Assembly (NCBI GenBank): GCA_034520965.1
Contig: JAXHMY010000009.1
Span: forward strand, 32,001-96,000
Length of the DNA: 64,000 bases
Reading direction: 5' to 3'
Origin: Spirochaetia bacterium
GTDB taxonomy: Bacteria; Spirochaetota; Spirochaetia; DSM-16054; Sediminispirochaetaceae
In this document: positions 1 to 9,732 of the stretch, in pieces
Position numbering within the stretch: the stretch's first letter is position 1
Layout of the letters: every line of letters starts with the position of its first letter
The notes under the pieces: generated by a model
What the model saw: only the letters and a program-made list of their open reading frames with translations
The model's database searches: none
Told to the model about the DNA's origin: nothing
Program-made: the position numbers and the translations under genes

Positions 1-145
1 TGATCCACTCCTCAATGACGACCTCAGCATTTCTCAATGCCTCTTCATAGGAGTTCCCATCAGCCATGCACCCGGAAAGCTCAGGTACTTCTGCAATATA
101 AGCATTATCTTCTTCACTCCAAAATAGAATTATTTCATATTTCAT
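1..145 (-). CDS. hicB: HicB-family antitoxin (runs off window edge)
   Basis: Manual translation from ATG at 145: MKYEIILFWSEEDNAYIAEVPELSGCMADGNSYEEALRNAEVVIEEWI, typical HicB N-terminus; overlaps hicA stop. Confidence 0.9.
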   Translation of the reverse strand, partial: MKYEIILFWSEEDNAYIAEVPELSGCMADGNSYEEALRNAEVVIEEWI

Positions 146-398
146 TTTTCTTTACCTCCAATTTATACTTGAGAACAATATTACGCACCTGCTTAACCTG
201 ATACGGTTTCGCCATATTGCCTTTTGGTTGGATATTGATAATTTCATCGATTCCTTCCTTAAAATAGATGTGATGGTCACCCTTTATCCGACATTCAAAT
301 CCCAAAATATTAAGCACTGTACATAAATCAGAAAATTTTACATTCGAGTCTGAGGTACCGCGTAAAATTACTTGAAGAATCTTTTCATGCCTACTCAT
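135..398 (-). CDS. hicA: HicA-family toxin
   Basis: 87 aa, KGDHHIY motif and AKPYQVKQ C-terminus; directly upstream of hicB. Confidence 0.85.
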   Translation of the reverse strand: MSRHEKILQVILRGTSDSNVKFSDLCTVLNILGFECRIKGDHHIYFKEGIDEIINIQPKGNMAKPYQVKQVRNIVLKYKLEVKKNEI

Positions 399-634
399 AA
401 TTCTGCTACTTATAATAAATCATTTTTGGCTTATAATCTACAATAAGTAAAGATTAAGTATTGTACCTCAAAGGAGTCATCTGTCTCAATAAACAGCCTA
501 GCAGCATTAAATGCAGTAAATGAAATCCCCGATAGCTTCAGATTGATAAGTGATAGGTGTGGTGAAAAACCACCGTGTCGGTTATCAATTACTTGTCGAT
601 TGACATAGTTTTATTATGCAACTACAATAAAACT

Positions 635-922
635 ATGGCAAATCTCACTATTAGAAACATTCCCGATGGAGTGCTTGAGAAGATCCGGCATTTGGCACAC
701 AGAGAAAGAAGAAGCGTAAACAGTGAGCTGCTCATGATAATCGAACGCGGTACGGAGGAAGAGCTCATCGAGGCTGCCGGCCACAGGAAGGGGATCACTC
801 CATCGAGACAGGTCCGCCTCTGGAAGAACCTCTCCGCAAGGTGGGAGGATGATCGAAGCATCGAAGAAGTAATAGATGAGGTGTATCGTACCCGTACACT
901 CGGACGGGAATTTGATCTATGA
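635..922 (+). CDS. FitA-like ribbon-helix-helix antitoxin
   Basis: MANLTIRNIPD...RRSVNSE RHH pattern; ATGA overlap with PIN gene. Confidence 0.8.
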   Translation: MANLTIRNIPDGVLEKIRHLAHRERRSVNSELLMIIERGTEEELIEAAGHRKGITPSRQVRLWKNLSARWEDDRSIEEVIDEVYRTRTLGREFDL

Positions 923-1311
923 TCATTCTCGACACCGATGTGTGCATAGAAATTCTAAGGGGCAGCGAGAAAGTCTTGGAAAAGCGGGCATTATACAAGG
1001 GAGAAGCCGCTGTATCGTTTCTCACTGTCGGCGAGCTCTACTATGGCGCGCGTAAATCTTCTCGGGTCAAATCCAACACTCATCTAGTAGAGGAGTTTCT
1101 CGGCACTATTGATGTCATACAGTCCTCGGATTCAATAATGGAACGGTTCGGCATCTTAAAGGCCGAATTAAGCACCCGGCACCAACTCCTGCCCGATGCA
1201 GACATCATCATCGCCGCATGTGCGTTTGAATATGGAGGAAAGCTTGCAAGCGGCAATACCCGGCATTTCGAACGGTTTTCCAGCCTGAGGCTATTTAACT
1301 GGATGCAATAG
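919..1311 (+). CDS. vapC: VapC-family PIN toxin
   Basis: ILDTD, ELYYG, DADIIIAA, N-x-x-HF PIN motifs. Confidence 0.9.
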   Translation: MIILDTDVCIEILRGSEKVLEKRALYKGEAAVSFLTVGELYYGARKSSRVKSNTHLVEEFLGTIDVIQSSDSIMERFGILKAELSTRHQLLPDADIIIAACAFEYGGKLASGNTRHFERFSSLRLFNWMQ

Positions 1312-1498
1312 GTTGCAATCTCTAATGGGTGTACACTGAATTAATGGACAGTAGCTGAAGGGCACGCGTGTACATATCTACCATGATGAGTCGTCTATAG
1401 GTAAAAAAACAGGCATTCCGTAGCAAGATAGATTTGTGATATTCACATATTATGTGATACACTTAATATGTGTAATGAGAATTAAAGGAGGTATTTTT

Positions 1499-1732
1499 AT
1501 GGCAAACATCACCATGACCCTCGATGACGAACTTATTAAAAAGGTGAAAAAGATCGCGGTCGAAAAAAATACAACCCTTACCGGTTTGGTACGGAACTAC
1601 CTCAAACAAACAGCCCGGAGAGAGGAGCAGCGTACGGAAGAGATAGTGGCCGAGCTTTACAGGATTATGAATGATAACTCCTTTCATATCGGCTCCGCTA
1701 CATGGACAAGAGAAGAGCTGCATGAGCGCTAA
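1499..1732 (+). CDS. RHH antitoxin (DUF6364-like)
   Basis: MANITMTLDDELIKKVK... ending WTREELHER; strong RBS AAGGAGG; overlaps PIN gene. Confidence 0.8.
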   Translation: MANITMTLDDELIKKVKKIAVEKNTTLTGLVRNYLKQTARREEQRTEEIVAELYRIMNDNSFHIGSATWTREELHER

Positions 1733-2144
1733 ATATTTTCTTGACACCAATATTCTCGTCTATGCCCATGACGCGGCAGATCCCGAGAAACAACAGCGCG
1801 CGCAAAACCTCATTTTCGAAGGTATGCGTGAAACTACCGGGGTCATATCGGCACAGGTACTAAATGAATTCTTTGTAACGGCCACAAAAAAAATTGAGCA
1901 GCCCCTTTCAATTCCCTACATCCGGCACATTCTCCTACTGCTCTCGCATTTAGAAGTGGTGGATTTAGACTACGACATGGTTATTCGGGCGGTAGGCATT
2001 CAGCAGGAGTATCGCATAAACCACTGGGATGCAATGATTCTTTCCGCCGCCGAACGAGCCGAATGCGGCATCCTCTATTCCGAAGCCCTTTCACACCGGC
2101 AGAAATATTGCGGAATTGAGTGCATCAATCCATTCATTGACTGA
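1722..2144 (+). CDS. PIN-domain toxin
   Basis: FLDTNILVYA, QVLNEF, WDAMI, INPF motifs. Confidence 0.88.
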   Translation: MSAKYFLDTNILVYAHDAADPEKQQRAQNLIFEGMRETTGVISAQVLNEFFVTATKKIEQPLSIPYIRHILLLLSHLEVVDLDYDMVIRAVGIQQEYRINHWDAMILSAAERAECGILYSEALSHRQKYCGIECINPFID

Positions 2145-2162
2145 TGCACATGATAGATCCGG

Positions 2163-2280
2163 TCCTCGGCTAAGGAAGTCGTAGATGCCCACATTCGCCG
2201 TATCGAGAAGGTCAACTCCGCCCTCAATGCCGTGGTGATCCCGCTTTTCGAGCAGGTTCGCAGGGACGCTTATGGAGTAA
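2163..2280 (+). pseudogene. Amidase N-terminal fragment
   Basis: Manual translation SSAKEVVDAHIRRIEKVNSALNAVVIPLFEQ resembles the amidase-signature family N-terminus; rest of gene absent. Confidence 0.6.
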
Positions 2281-2289
2281 ATGCAGTGC

Positions 2290-2403
2290 TACCGGGAGCG
2301 TGAGCGGGCGGAAGGGCGCCGGAGGCGGTGCGGCGCGGGACGCGCCGCACGGAACCCCTGGAGCACGCGACCCCGGGCCGAAGGCGCGGGGGCACGCCCG
2401 GTA
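2290..2403. repeat. GC-rich multi-stem palindromic (REP-like) element
   Basis: Outer arms TACCGGGAGCGTG/CACGCCCGGTA; perfect 10 bp stem 2328-2337/2341-2350; second stem 2371-2391. Confidence 0.55.
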
Positions 2404-2503
2404 CCCGTCAGTTCCTTTGTCCAATGGGAAAAAGATGGAAAAAGAGTTACGACTTTTTTGCTGAGTGCATACTTTTCTCTTTTGTGGTAATATAATTACA
2501 GAT

Positions 2504-2701
2504 ATGAGTAGGAGAGTTAACCGTAGCACAACAACACTCAAAAGAAAGTCCACCGAACGGGAAGATTCTTTTGTGCCGGGCACGCCGGCCGAACGTGTCT
2601 CCTGGGTGTGGGAACTGACTGCAGAGGCGTGGTCGCTGGAAGGTTCGGAATATGTTGAACGAAGACTACCAAGAGATGTTACACATCTTGTTAGAAAATG
2701 A
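2504..2701 (+). CDS. Small hypothetical protein paired with nucleotidyltransferase
   Basis: 65 aa with TPAER-x-x-x-x-WEL motif, overlapping downstream NTase gene. Confidence 0.6.
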   Translation: MSRRVNRSTTTLKRKSTEREDSFVPGTPAERVSWVWELTAEAWSLEGSEYVERRLPRDVTHLVRK

Positions 2702-3110
2702 GGTCAAATTTCTTATAGTAAACGCGTATGCATTGTCCGCTTACGGGTACCCACGAGCTACCGGGGATATTGATATTTGGGTCGAAGCTACGCCGGAAAA
2801 TTCTCGCAAGCTCTACAGAACACTTAAAACTTTTGGTGCTCCATTACACGATATCAATCCTGAGACCTTCGAGAACCCCAATCTCATTTTCCAAATCGGA
2901 GTTGCTCCGAGGCGTATCGACATCATTACCGGTATTGATGGAGTAGATTTCGAAAAAGCCTACAACAAAAAAAAACTCGTCAAAATAGATTCCGAAACAT
3001 TACCTTTTATTTCCATGGAAGACCTAATTCGAAACAAACGCTCAACCGGACGCGAGCGGGATCGTATAGACGCCGACTTTCTTGACGATTTGCAGAATCC
3101 TGCACAATGA
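2652..3110 (+). CDS. Nucleotidyltransferase (DUF6036-like, TA-associated)
   Basis: YGYPRATGDIDIW and NKRSTGRERDRID motifs. Confidence 0.8.
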   Translation: MLNEDYQEMLHILLENEVKFLIVNAYALSAYGYPRATGDIDIWVEATPENSRKLYRTLKTFGAPLHDINPETFENPNLIFQIGVAPRRIDIITGIDGVDFEKAYNKKKLVKIDSETLPFISMEDLIRNKRSTGRERDRIDADFLDDLQNPAQ

Positions 3111-3271
3111 AGTGCCGCCGCCTACCAAGAGGAGTCCGGGGTAATGCTTCCCCTCCTGTTAGTAGTTTTCTTAGTAACTAAATGACAGCCAGCATTTGTC
3201 TCAAATAATCATGTTCCTACTAAGAGTACAGATGAAAGTAAATAAGTTGGTATTATCTATTTTCATAGCAG

Positions 3272-3397
3272 GGCTGGGTGGTGCTCGACCAAATTCGAAC
3301 CGTTGACAAAGAAAGGCTTTTCAGGAAGCTGGGTAAGCTGGGGACGAGCGAGATCGACCACATAAAAACGGTTCTCCAGGAGATGCTGGTTGATTAA
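3272..3397 (+). pseudogene. PemK/MazF toxin C-terminal fragment
   Basis: Manual translation GWVVLDQIRTVDKERLFRKLGKL...EMLVD*; N-terminal half missing. Confidence 0.75.
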
Positions 3398-3494
3398 ACA
3401 TTTCTCTGTATTTTTGGCACTTACCCCTCAAAGTCCCTTTTAGCGCGGTTGACAGCTCAAATTGGTTCTGGGACCATGCACTGCACTCATCGGT

Positions 3495-3638
3495 TCAGCG
3501 GGCCGGCTCGTCGAGGTCGTTGGCGTAGATAGCGCTGTTGGTATCCTGGTCTTCGATTTTTTCCTCGAAGCCGACGGGCAGCTCGATGGAGACCCGTGTC
3601 GCCCAGCTGAAAAAATGAATGTATTTTGTCGCTTCCAT
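3495..3638 (-). CDS. 47 aa hypothetical ORF or gene fragment
   Basis: Manual translation MEATKYIHFFSWATRVSIELPVGFEEKIEDQDTNSAIYANDLDEPAR; no family recognised. Confidence 0.3.
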   Translation of the reverse strand: MEATKYIHFFSWATRVSIELPVGFEEKIEDQDTNSAIYANDLDEPAR

Positions 3639-3732
3639 TTCGTTCTTACCTATGAAACTTCACATATGGACCTCTAATTTTAATGGGAGTATAGCACGGA
3701 CAGGGGTTTTTGTCTTTCTATTGCAGCAATTC

Positions 3733-3767
3733 GCAATTTGAAAATTTTCCAAAAATTTTCAAATTGC
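3733..3767. repeat. Perfect 16 bp inverted repeat (3 nt spacer)
   Basis: GCAATTTGAAAATTTT-CCA-AAAATTTTCAAATTGC; same core recurs at 20033-20075. Confidence 0.9.
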
Positions 3768-3820
3768 TGTTGCCGTGAGGCTATGCTGGAAAATTTGGCT
3801 TGTTTGTTTTATTATAGGAT

Positions 3821-3955
3821 ATGCCTGTTCTCAGCCGGTTTTATGGGATTGTAATTTTCATGAACTTTCGTGACCATGAACCGCCCCACTTCGTGCGGGA
3901 TTGGGAAAAGGCCAGAGCAAAGAAGAGCCTGGATAGTATCGATCCTCTTGTCTGA
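3821..3955 (+). pseudogene. DUF4160-family protein with internal deletion
   Basis: MPVLSRFYGIVIFMNFRDHEPPHF joined directly to C-terminal ...SIDPLV; 44 aa, about half the usual length. Confidence 0.75.
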
Positions 3956-3967
3956 GGAGGTGAGGAA

Positions 3968-4225
3968 ATGATGTTGCATGTGGATAGTCTCGAATTAAGC
4001 GGTAGCTACAAAATGAGTATATGGTTTAACAACGGTGAAACTGTAGAAGTGGATTTGGAAAACGAACTGGAGGGAGAAATCTTTGAACCGCTCAAGGATT
4101 CGGAGTATTTCAAGAGAGTTTATCTAAATGAAGAAATCGGCACAGCCCAGTGGCCGAACGGTGCGGATTTTGCTCCTGAATTTCTTCTTGAGTTAGGGAG
4201 AAAACAGGCGAAGAGAAGTGCGTGA
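3968..4225 (+). CDS. DUF2442-family protein (putative antitoxin)
   Basis: GEIFEPLKD...WPNGADFAPEFL motif; follows DUF4160 remnant. Confidence 0.88.
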   Translation: MMLHVDSLELSGSYKMSIWFNNGETVEVDLENELEGEIFEPLKDSEYFKRVYLNEEIGTAQWPNGADFAPEFLLELGRKQAKRSA

Positions 4226-4334
4226 ATCCCTGTCTGTCTTCCTCTTGGGTCATTTAGTCCGGTAGAAGTGCTATTTCCTTGATTTCCAGTAATCAGGTTC
4301 TTTGTGTAGATGCATGACCGCAAGAATGTATATT

Positions 4335-4649
4335 TTATGACGCTTTCGGATGAATCTTTTCATACTCATCATTATTCTTTTCCATAGCGACATCCAGGTC
4401 ATATAAAGACTGAAGATTAATCCAGTATTCAGCAGAAGTACCAAAATACCTGGATAATCTTATAGCAGTATCCGCGGTAATTTTTCTTGTACCTTTAATA
4501 ATTCTTGAGATTCTCATAGGATCAACTCCAATACTTTTTGATAACTCATATGCGGTTAATCCCATTGGATCAAGAAAATCTTCTTTAAGTACTTCTCCCG
4601 GAGTAGTTAGCTCAATCAACTCTTCACTATATTCTACATTCTCTTCCAT
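4335..4649 (-). CDS. higA: HigA antitoxin
   Basis: PGEVLKEDFL...ITADTAIRLSRYFGTSAEYWINLQ. Confidence 0.93.
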   Translation of the reverse strand: MEENVEYSEELIELTTPGEVLKEDFLDPMGLTAYELSKSIGVDPMRISRIIKGTRKITADTAIRLSRYFGTSAEYWINLQSLYDLDVAMEKNNDEYEKIHPKAS

Positions 4650-4660
4650 ATCTTACCTCC

Positions 4661-4942
4661 CTAATGATAATCACAAAACTCAACATCGTACGCATTTCCA
4701 TCATCCCATCGAAAGCATATGCGCCATTGATCATTTACCCGTATAGAATATTGGCCTTTTCTATCTCCTTTCAAAGCCTCCAGGTTATTTCCCGGAGGGA
4801 TTTTCAAATCATCAAGAACTATCGAACTTTCGATAGACCTCAACCCTTTAAGAGCTTTCTTTGCTGTTAAAGGATGCATTCCTTTTTTCATTTTCCTGTT
4901 AAATATTGCTTCGGTATTCTTATCAGCAAAACTCTTAATCAT
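4661..4942 (-). CDS. higB: HigB (RelE/ParE-type) toxin
   Basis: MIKSF...PPGNNLEALKGDRKGQYSIRVNDQWRICF...DYH. Confidence 0.93.
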   Translation of the reverse strand: MIKSFADKNTEAIFNRKMKKGMHPLTAKKALKGLRSIESSIVLDDLKIPPGNNLEALKGDRKGQYSIRVNDQWRICFRWDDGNAYDVEFCDYH

Positions 4943-5210
4943 AAATTATTATAGCGTGCCAGGCTATTAGCGTAAAGAGCTTGTATCATAACTTTTCCCC
5001 ATGGGCCTTAATAATGATGAAATATTTTCACCTTTATCGTAGCACTCCGCGGTAAGCTCTCGGTAAAATTCGCCCTGTTGTTTTCGAGTTCGTTATTCTG
5101 AGCGGTATAACCGCTACCCCTAATCCCAATTCAAAACTGAAATGAGGCCCTTCATTTAATCACACAGCTGCTGTCAATAGTTTTCGTACAGGAGCAGGCG
5201 GTTTTCCGGA

Positions 5211-5300
5211 AGGGTGTGGTAGAGAAAGGAGAACTGATTGTCGATTATCTCGGATATTCGGCTCCTGTTCTTACCGTCGGAGGAGGAGAGGTCGTTGATG
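5211..5300 (-). pseudogene. Remnant of an S41 peptidase paralogue
   Basis: Near-identical DNA to 7411-7500; encodes SSDGKNRSRISEIIDNQFSFLYHTL vs SSDGENTTRISKIIDNQFSFLYHTL. Confidence 0.7.
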
Positions 5301-5350
5301 ATCAGGAACTCCGCGTTCATCGCCGAAGTCCTTGAAGGACTCCGAGATTC

Positions 5351-6558
5351 TCACCTCTTCACAAAACGCGGCAGCAGCAGTGCCATAGGAATAGTTCCCA
5401 TCGCGATAAAGACGCTTGCGATATAGGTCTTCTCGAGGCCTATCAGATCTCCCATGAGGCCGAGGAGGAAGACTGCTACCGAACCGCCCCCGAAGCTCAC
5501 CGCCATGTACATGCTGTTCATGAAGGTCGGCATAGGGGAGTCGGTCTCTTGTACCATTGCCAGGAGAACTGGTCCGGTGGAGAAGAGGAAAAGCCCTGTC
5601 AGGGCGAGAAAAGCCACATGGTGTGTGGCAAGGAAGAGCCCCATCGCCCCAATCGATCCGACCGAGGCGGTCAAGAGTGTTCGCGTCCTCCCGAAGCGGT
5701 CGGAGAGGGTCCCGGAGGCAAAGGTGCCTGCGACTCCGAAGAACTGAAGGATAGAGAGGGAAGCTCCGGCGAGCCAGAGTCCGGCGCCGCGTTCGGTGAG
5801 GTAGAGGGGGAGATAGAGGGTCAAGGCGCTCTTCATCACCGACTGGAAGAGGAGGAAGGCGCTCAGTACCACGAAGAATGGTGCATAGCGCTTCAGTATT
5901 GCACGGGTATCCCCCCTCTCCTTGGTACCGGAGACGTTTCGTTGTACGTCTAGGTCCCGCAGCTTGAACCAGAGCACCACCGATGCCGCAACTCCTATGG
6001 GGATGAGGCGAAAGATCCCCTCGAGGCTCCAAAGCGAGACGGCGGTGGTAACGAGAAGGGGGCCTAGGGTCCTGGCGAGCTCTCCGCCCACCATAAAGAG
6101 GCTCATCCCCGTACCCACCTTATCGCCGGAGGACTCGCGCACGAGTACGGGAGAGGGGACGTGAAAGAGGGCTGCAGAGACCCCTGCAACGAATATGAGC
6201 ACGAAGAGTACGGGAATGGTAGGTGCCACAATCCCGTCAGGCTCATGGCGGTGGAGGTAACCGCGGGGGTGAGGATGACCAGGAGCTTTATTCCCCGGTA
6301 CTCGGCGATCATGCCGAATATGGGATTGAAGAGGGTGGGAACCCTGCGGGTAATGTCGAGGAAGGCGCTGACCGAGAGGGACATGCCGAGTTTTGCCGTT
6401 AGAAGGGGGAGAAGCGGGGCGAGAAAGGAGCCAAAGGTGTCGTGAAGGAGGTGAGCCACCGAGAGGGTTATAACCTTCGAGCCGCTGAATCTTTCGGCCT
6501 CGCCCGTCGTGCCCTCCTCTTCGGGACTGTCTGTTTCCGCCATTTTCGTCTCAGCCAT
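5351..6558 (-). pseudogene. MFS transporter (Fsr-like), frameshifted near 6228
   Basis: Two overlapping ORFs (6103-6558, 5351-6229) form one MFS: HLLHD, FHVP, LSDRFGR motifs. Confidence 0.8.
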
Positions 6559-6620
6559 GTAGCTTGCCCCTCCTCCAACCAGCTATCATAGCCGAGAGGA
6601 GGAGCTTGGGCAAGTACGCA

Positions 6621-8036
6621 TTATTTTTTTGCAGCGAACTCTGCCACGGGGTCCCGGCCTGCGGCAATGTCATCCACAGTGGGTTTGATTTTGTAATCCG
6701 GTTCTATCCCCCTTCCCGGGCTAAAGCCCTCTACCGCGGTGGTAAAAACCCGGGTGGAGTAGTAGACCCTCAGGCCGGTGTTCGGCAGGACGATTCTCCT
6801 CTTGCCGTCGCTGCAGGAGGCCGAACCGCCCGTCTCTTCTCCTATAAGAGTTGCAATGTCATGGTGCTTCAAGAGGGAAATGAAGTGTGCGGTGGTCGAA
6901 AATCCGCTGCCGCCCATCAGAACGTAGACCGTGCCGGCAAAGGCGTGCTCCTTTGGCTTTCGAAGTCTTTTGTAACCCCACATGTAGAAGGGCGCGTCGC
7001 TGTCGAAATACCGCACAGGCTCCGGGCTGAGATAGGACAAAAGGAGGGCCGCCGGCTTCGGGGTTCCTCCCCAGTTCCCCCTCAGGTCGATGACGAGCTT
7101 CTCTACGCGCTTCTCCTCGAGCTCGAGAAAGAAGTCTTCGAGAAAGGAGGCAAAATCTTTCTGTTCGAGTATAAAGGATCCTACCGAGAGGACCGCATAG
7201 TCGTCGAGCACCCTTGCAGCGTAGTCGGTCTTTATCTCCTCCATATTGAGGAGCACACCGATCGATACAATACCGGGCTTCTCCCCCCACAGCTCGGAGA
7301 AGCTCACACCCTGCAGCGTGGTGCTTCTGATTTCCGCCGGATCGTCATCCGGCTCATCTGATGTATTCGGCAGCCGATACTGTACGGCGAAGGTCTCACT
7401 CTCGTCTATGAGGGTGTGATAGAGAAAGGAGAACTGATTGTCGATTATCTTGGATATTCGGGTCGTGTTTTCCCCGTCGGAGGAGACCGAGCTGTAGATG
7501 GTCTCTATCATCTCGGGGGAGGATATGCCGTTGATGCTCAGAAGCTCCGCTCCGGGAGGAATACGCTTAGAGCCCTTCGACTCCACTACGTAGAGTCCCT
7601 GCTCCAGGACAGTGACCTCGAGGGGCAGGAGGGATACCTCCTGTTTTATGTAGCTCTCGTAAGCCCGTGAGAGGAGTACATTGGAGTGGCCGCATTTGAG
7701 GGCGGCTACTGCAGGGCTGAGCACGCGATAGAAATCGAGATCGCTCATTCCATCTTTGAGAAGGGCGTACTGGCGGTCGAAGATTTTATCGATATCCTCC
7801 TTGTCCGCAAAGAACATGGAATACTTCCTCTCTATCACCGATCGCAGGCGCCCGAAGTCCCCCTGCAGTTCTACGAGGGAGTAGGTTTTCTCGTTGGCCG
7901 CCGATGTTTTGTGGGTCTTTTCCGGCTTTTGTCCCCGGGCCTCGAGGAATCCCCCGCCGGCGGTGAGAAAGAGCACGAGGATCATCAGAATTACCGCTAC
8001 GGCGGATACAATAGGCAAAGTTATTTTGTTCTTCAC
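6621..8036 (-). CDS. Secreted S41-family peptidase
   Basis: Signal peptide; LVIDLRGNWGG, GFST, LIGEETGG, GIEPD motifs. Confidence 0.9.
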   Translation of the reverse strand: MKNKITLPIVSAVAVILMILVLFLTAGGGFLEARGQKPEKTHKTSAANEKTYSLVELQGDFGRLRSVIERKYSMFFADKEDIDKIFDRQYALLKDGMSDLDFYRVLSPAVAALKCGHSNVLLSRAYESYIKQEVSLLPLEVTVLEQGLYVVESKGSKRIPPGAELLSINGISSPEMIETIYSSVSSDGENTTRISKIIDNQFSFLYHTLIDESETFAVQYRLPNTSDEPDDDPAEIRSTTLQGVSFSELWGEKPGIVSIGVLLNMEEIKTDYAARVLDDYAVLSVGSFILEQKDFASFLEDFFLELEEKRVEKLVIDLRGNWGGTPKPAALLLSYLSPEPVRYFDSDAPFYMWGYKRLRKPKEHAFAGTVYVLMGGSGFSTTAHFISLLKHHDIATLIGEETGGSASCSDGKRRIVLPNTGLRVYYSTRVFTTAVEGFSPGRGIEPDYKIKPTVDDIAAGRDPVAEFAAKK

Positions 8037-8051
8037 TTGTATTTCCTCCTT

Positions 8052-8636
8052 TTAGAATGCCACCGAGTAGCCGAGACGTCCCCAGAAGCCGTTGAGCTCG
8101 CCGCTTTCTGCCAAATCTGTGCGTATCGGTCCGGTGGCAAGATAGCCGCCGGCCAGGGTGAGCGCAGAGCGTTCGCCGAAGAAGAGCTTTGGCTCGATAC
8201 CGGCGGAGTAGACCGAGTGGTTCACCTGGTCGAGTATCTCCTCGGTCCAGCGCAGCTCCTCCCGGTACTCTCCGAGATAACGGTACTGCAGCATTCCGTT
8301 GCCGCTCTCGAGGGGAAAGCCGATTTCCCATCTCTTGCCGAGGGTGAGTTTCGGTTTGATAACGAGGGTGCCGTAGCCGGAGCTCATGTGGTACTCCCGC
8401 CCCTGGGCATCCTCATAGTCATTCGAAACCTCCGCCTGGGCGTAGGCGCGAAATCCGATCTCGAGGTTCTCTCCGAACTCCCGCATGATCTCCGCTCCGA
8501 GGCCTCCCATGTTGTCGCCGCCGCTCACCGAGCCGCCGAGGGTCAGAGAGGCATTCCAGCGATACTCCTCCTGCGCTGCAAGAGTTCCTGCGATGCTCAC
8601 CAGTACGATAAGCGCCATTACAATTTTTTGTTTCAT
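8052..8636 (-). CDS. Exported hypothetical protein, probable outer-membrane beta-barrel
   Basis: Signal peptide, alternating beta-strand pattern, C-terminal GYSVAF; RBS GGAGG. Confidence 0.6.
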   Translation of the reverse strand: MKQKIVMALIVLVSIAGTLAAQEEYRWNASLTLGGSVSGGDNMGGLGAEIMREFGENLEIGFRAYAQAEVSNDYEDAQGREYHMSSGYGTLVIKPKLTLGKRWEIGFPLESGNGMLQYRYLGEYREELRWTEEILDQVNHSVYSAGIEPKLFFGERSALTLAGGYLATGPIRTDLAESGELNGFWGRLGYSVAF

Positions 8637-8760
8637 TCTTCTTTCCTCCATTGTTGTGTTCTTGGCGCCAATATGCACGGAGGAGTTCAAGCGAACAATC
8701 GGACATGAGTATGATTTGGTCGTTTCATATGAAAGTATGAGAGCCTGTCGCGAGTTTTTG

Positions 8761-9684
8761 CTACTGCCGGTAGCCGCTCACCATCCTCAGAAGATGGACC
8801 CGGCTGGTTGCCCCTGTTTTTTGGAAGATGTTGTAGATGTGGGTTCGAACCGTGGTGAGGGAGACGTACATTTTATCGGCGATCTGCTGATTGCTGAGGC
8901 CGAGGCTGATGAGCTCGACCACCTCGGCTTCCCGCTTGGTGATCTTGTAGGCGGAGATGAATGCCTCGCTGACCTTGCCCTCGTTGATCAAAGCAGTGGG
9001 ATTGGAGAGATAGCGCAGAAAGACGGTGATGACAATGAGGCTCCAGAGGGAGAAGTAGATGTAGTCGAGGGAGATATGCAGCCTTTCTATGGCGGGAAAC
9101 CGGTAGGAGATAATGTAGAAGAGGGTGGAGGAGGGGGCGAAGATGAGAGTGAGTATACCGACGCGCTTCAAGAGAATGGCCATGAGCTCGTGCGCTTCGA
9201 GAGCTGCGGCGCGGTAGAGCATCCAGCCGAGAAAGAGCAGGTAGAGCGATATAAGTGCGACTGCGGGTGCGCGGAAGGAGGCGGCTGCCTCCGGAGAGGC
9301 GAGGAGCAGCACGAGTACACGGCCGGCCTGAACCGCAAGGACGAAGGCCGTCATGAGCAGGGCGGCTAACTTAGGCACTCCGGGGGCTCGCAGCATAAGC
9401 AGAAAGAGCCCCCCGTAGAGGGCAAAAGCAATTGAAATGCCAAGGCCGTACCGTAATGGGGCATAGCCGAGAACCGACTCCGAGCTCGAGAGAAAGTAGT
9501 ACTGCACCATGGTCAGGAAGACCGAGGCGAGAAGGCAGCTCATCGCCCAGAGCATCGGCCCGCTTATCGCGTGGCGTATTCGGGAGTGGAGCATGGCCAT
9601 GGAGGCCACGCCGGCGACACCGAAGGAGAGATGTGCAATGTACATAAAGAGAATGAAGTGGTTCACGGGTGGAAATAGTATCAC
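8761..9684 (-). CDS. Membrane-anchored LuxR-family regulator
   Basis: About 7 hydrophobic segments then ITKREAEV...GLSNQQIAD...TVRTHIYNIFQK HTH. Confidence 0.88.
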   Translation of the reverse strand: MILFPPVNHFILFMYIAHLSFGVAGVASMAMLHSRIRHAISGPMLWAMSCLLASVFLTMVQYYFLSSSESVLGYAPLRYGLGISIAFALYGGLFLLMLRAPGVPKLAALLMTAFVLAVQAGRVLVLLLASPEAAASFRAPAVALISLYLLFLGWMLYRAAALEAHELMAILLKRVGILTLIFAPSSTLFYIISYRFPAIERLHISLDYIYFSLWSLIVITVFLRYLSNPTALINEGKVSEAFISAYKITKREAEVVELISLGLSNQQIADKMYVSLTTVRTHIYNIFQKTGATSRVHLLRMVSGYRQ

Positions 9685-9732
9685 GGCACATTATACCTCC
9701 ACAAGGAGAAAATTCCGGTATATACTCATAAC

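Noticed and set aside
400..4990. attC sites between the TA modules (superintegron-like array)
   Set aside because: No convincing RYYYAAC...GTTRRRY paired sites found in the spacers.
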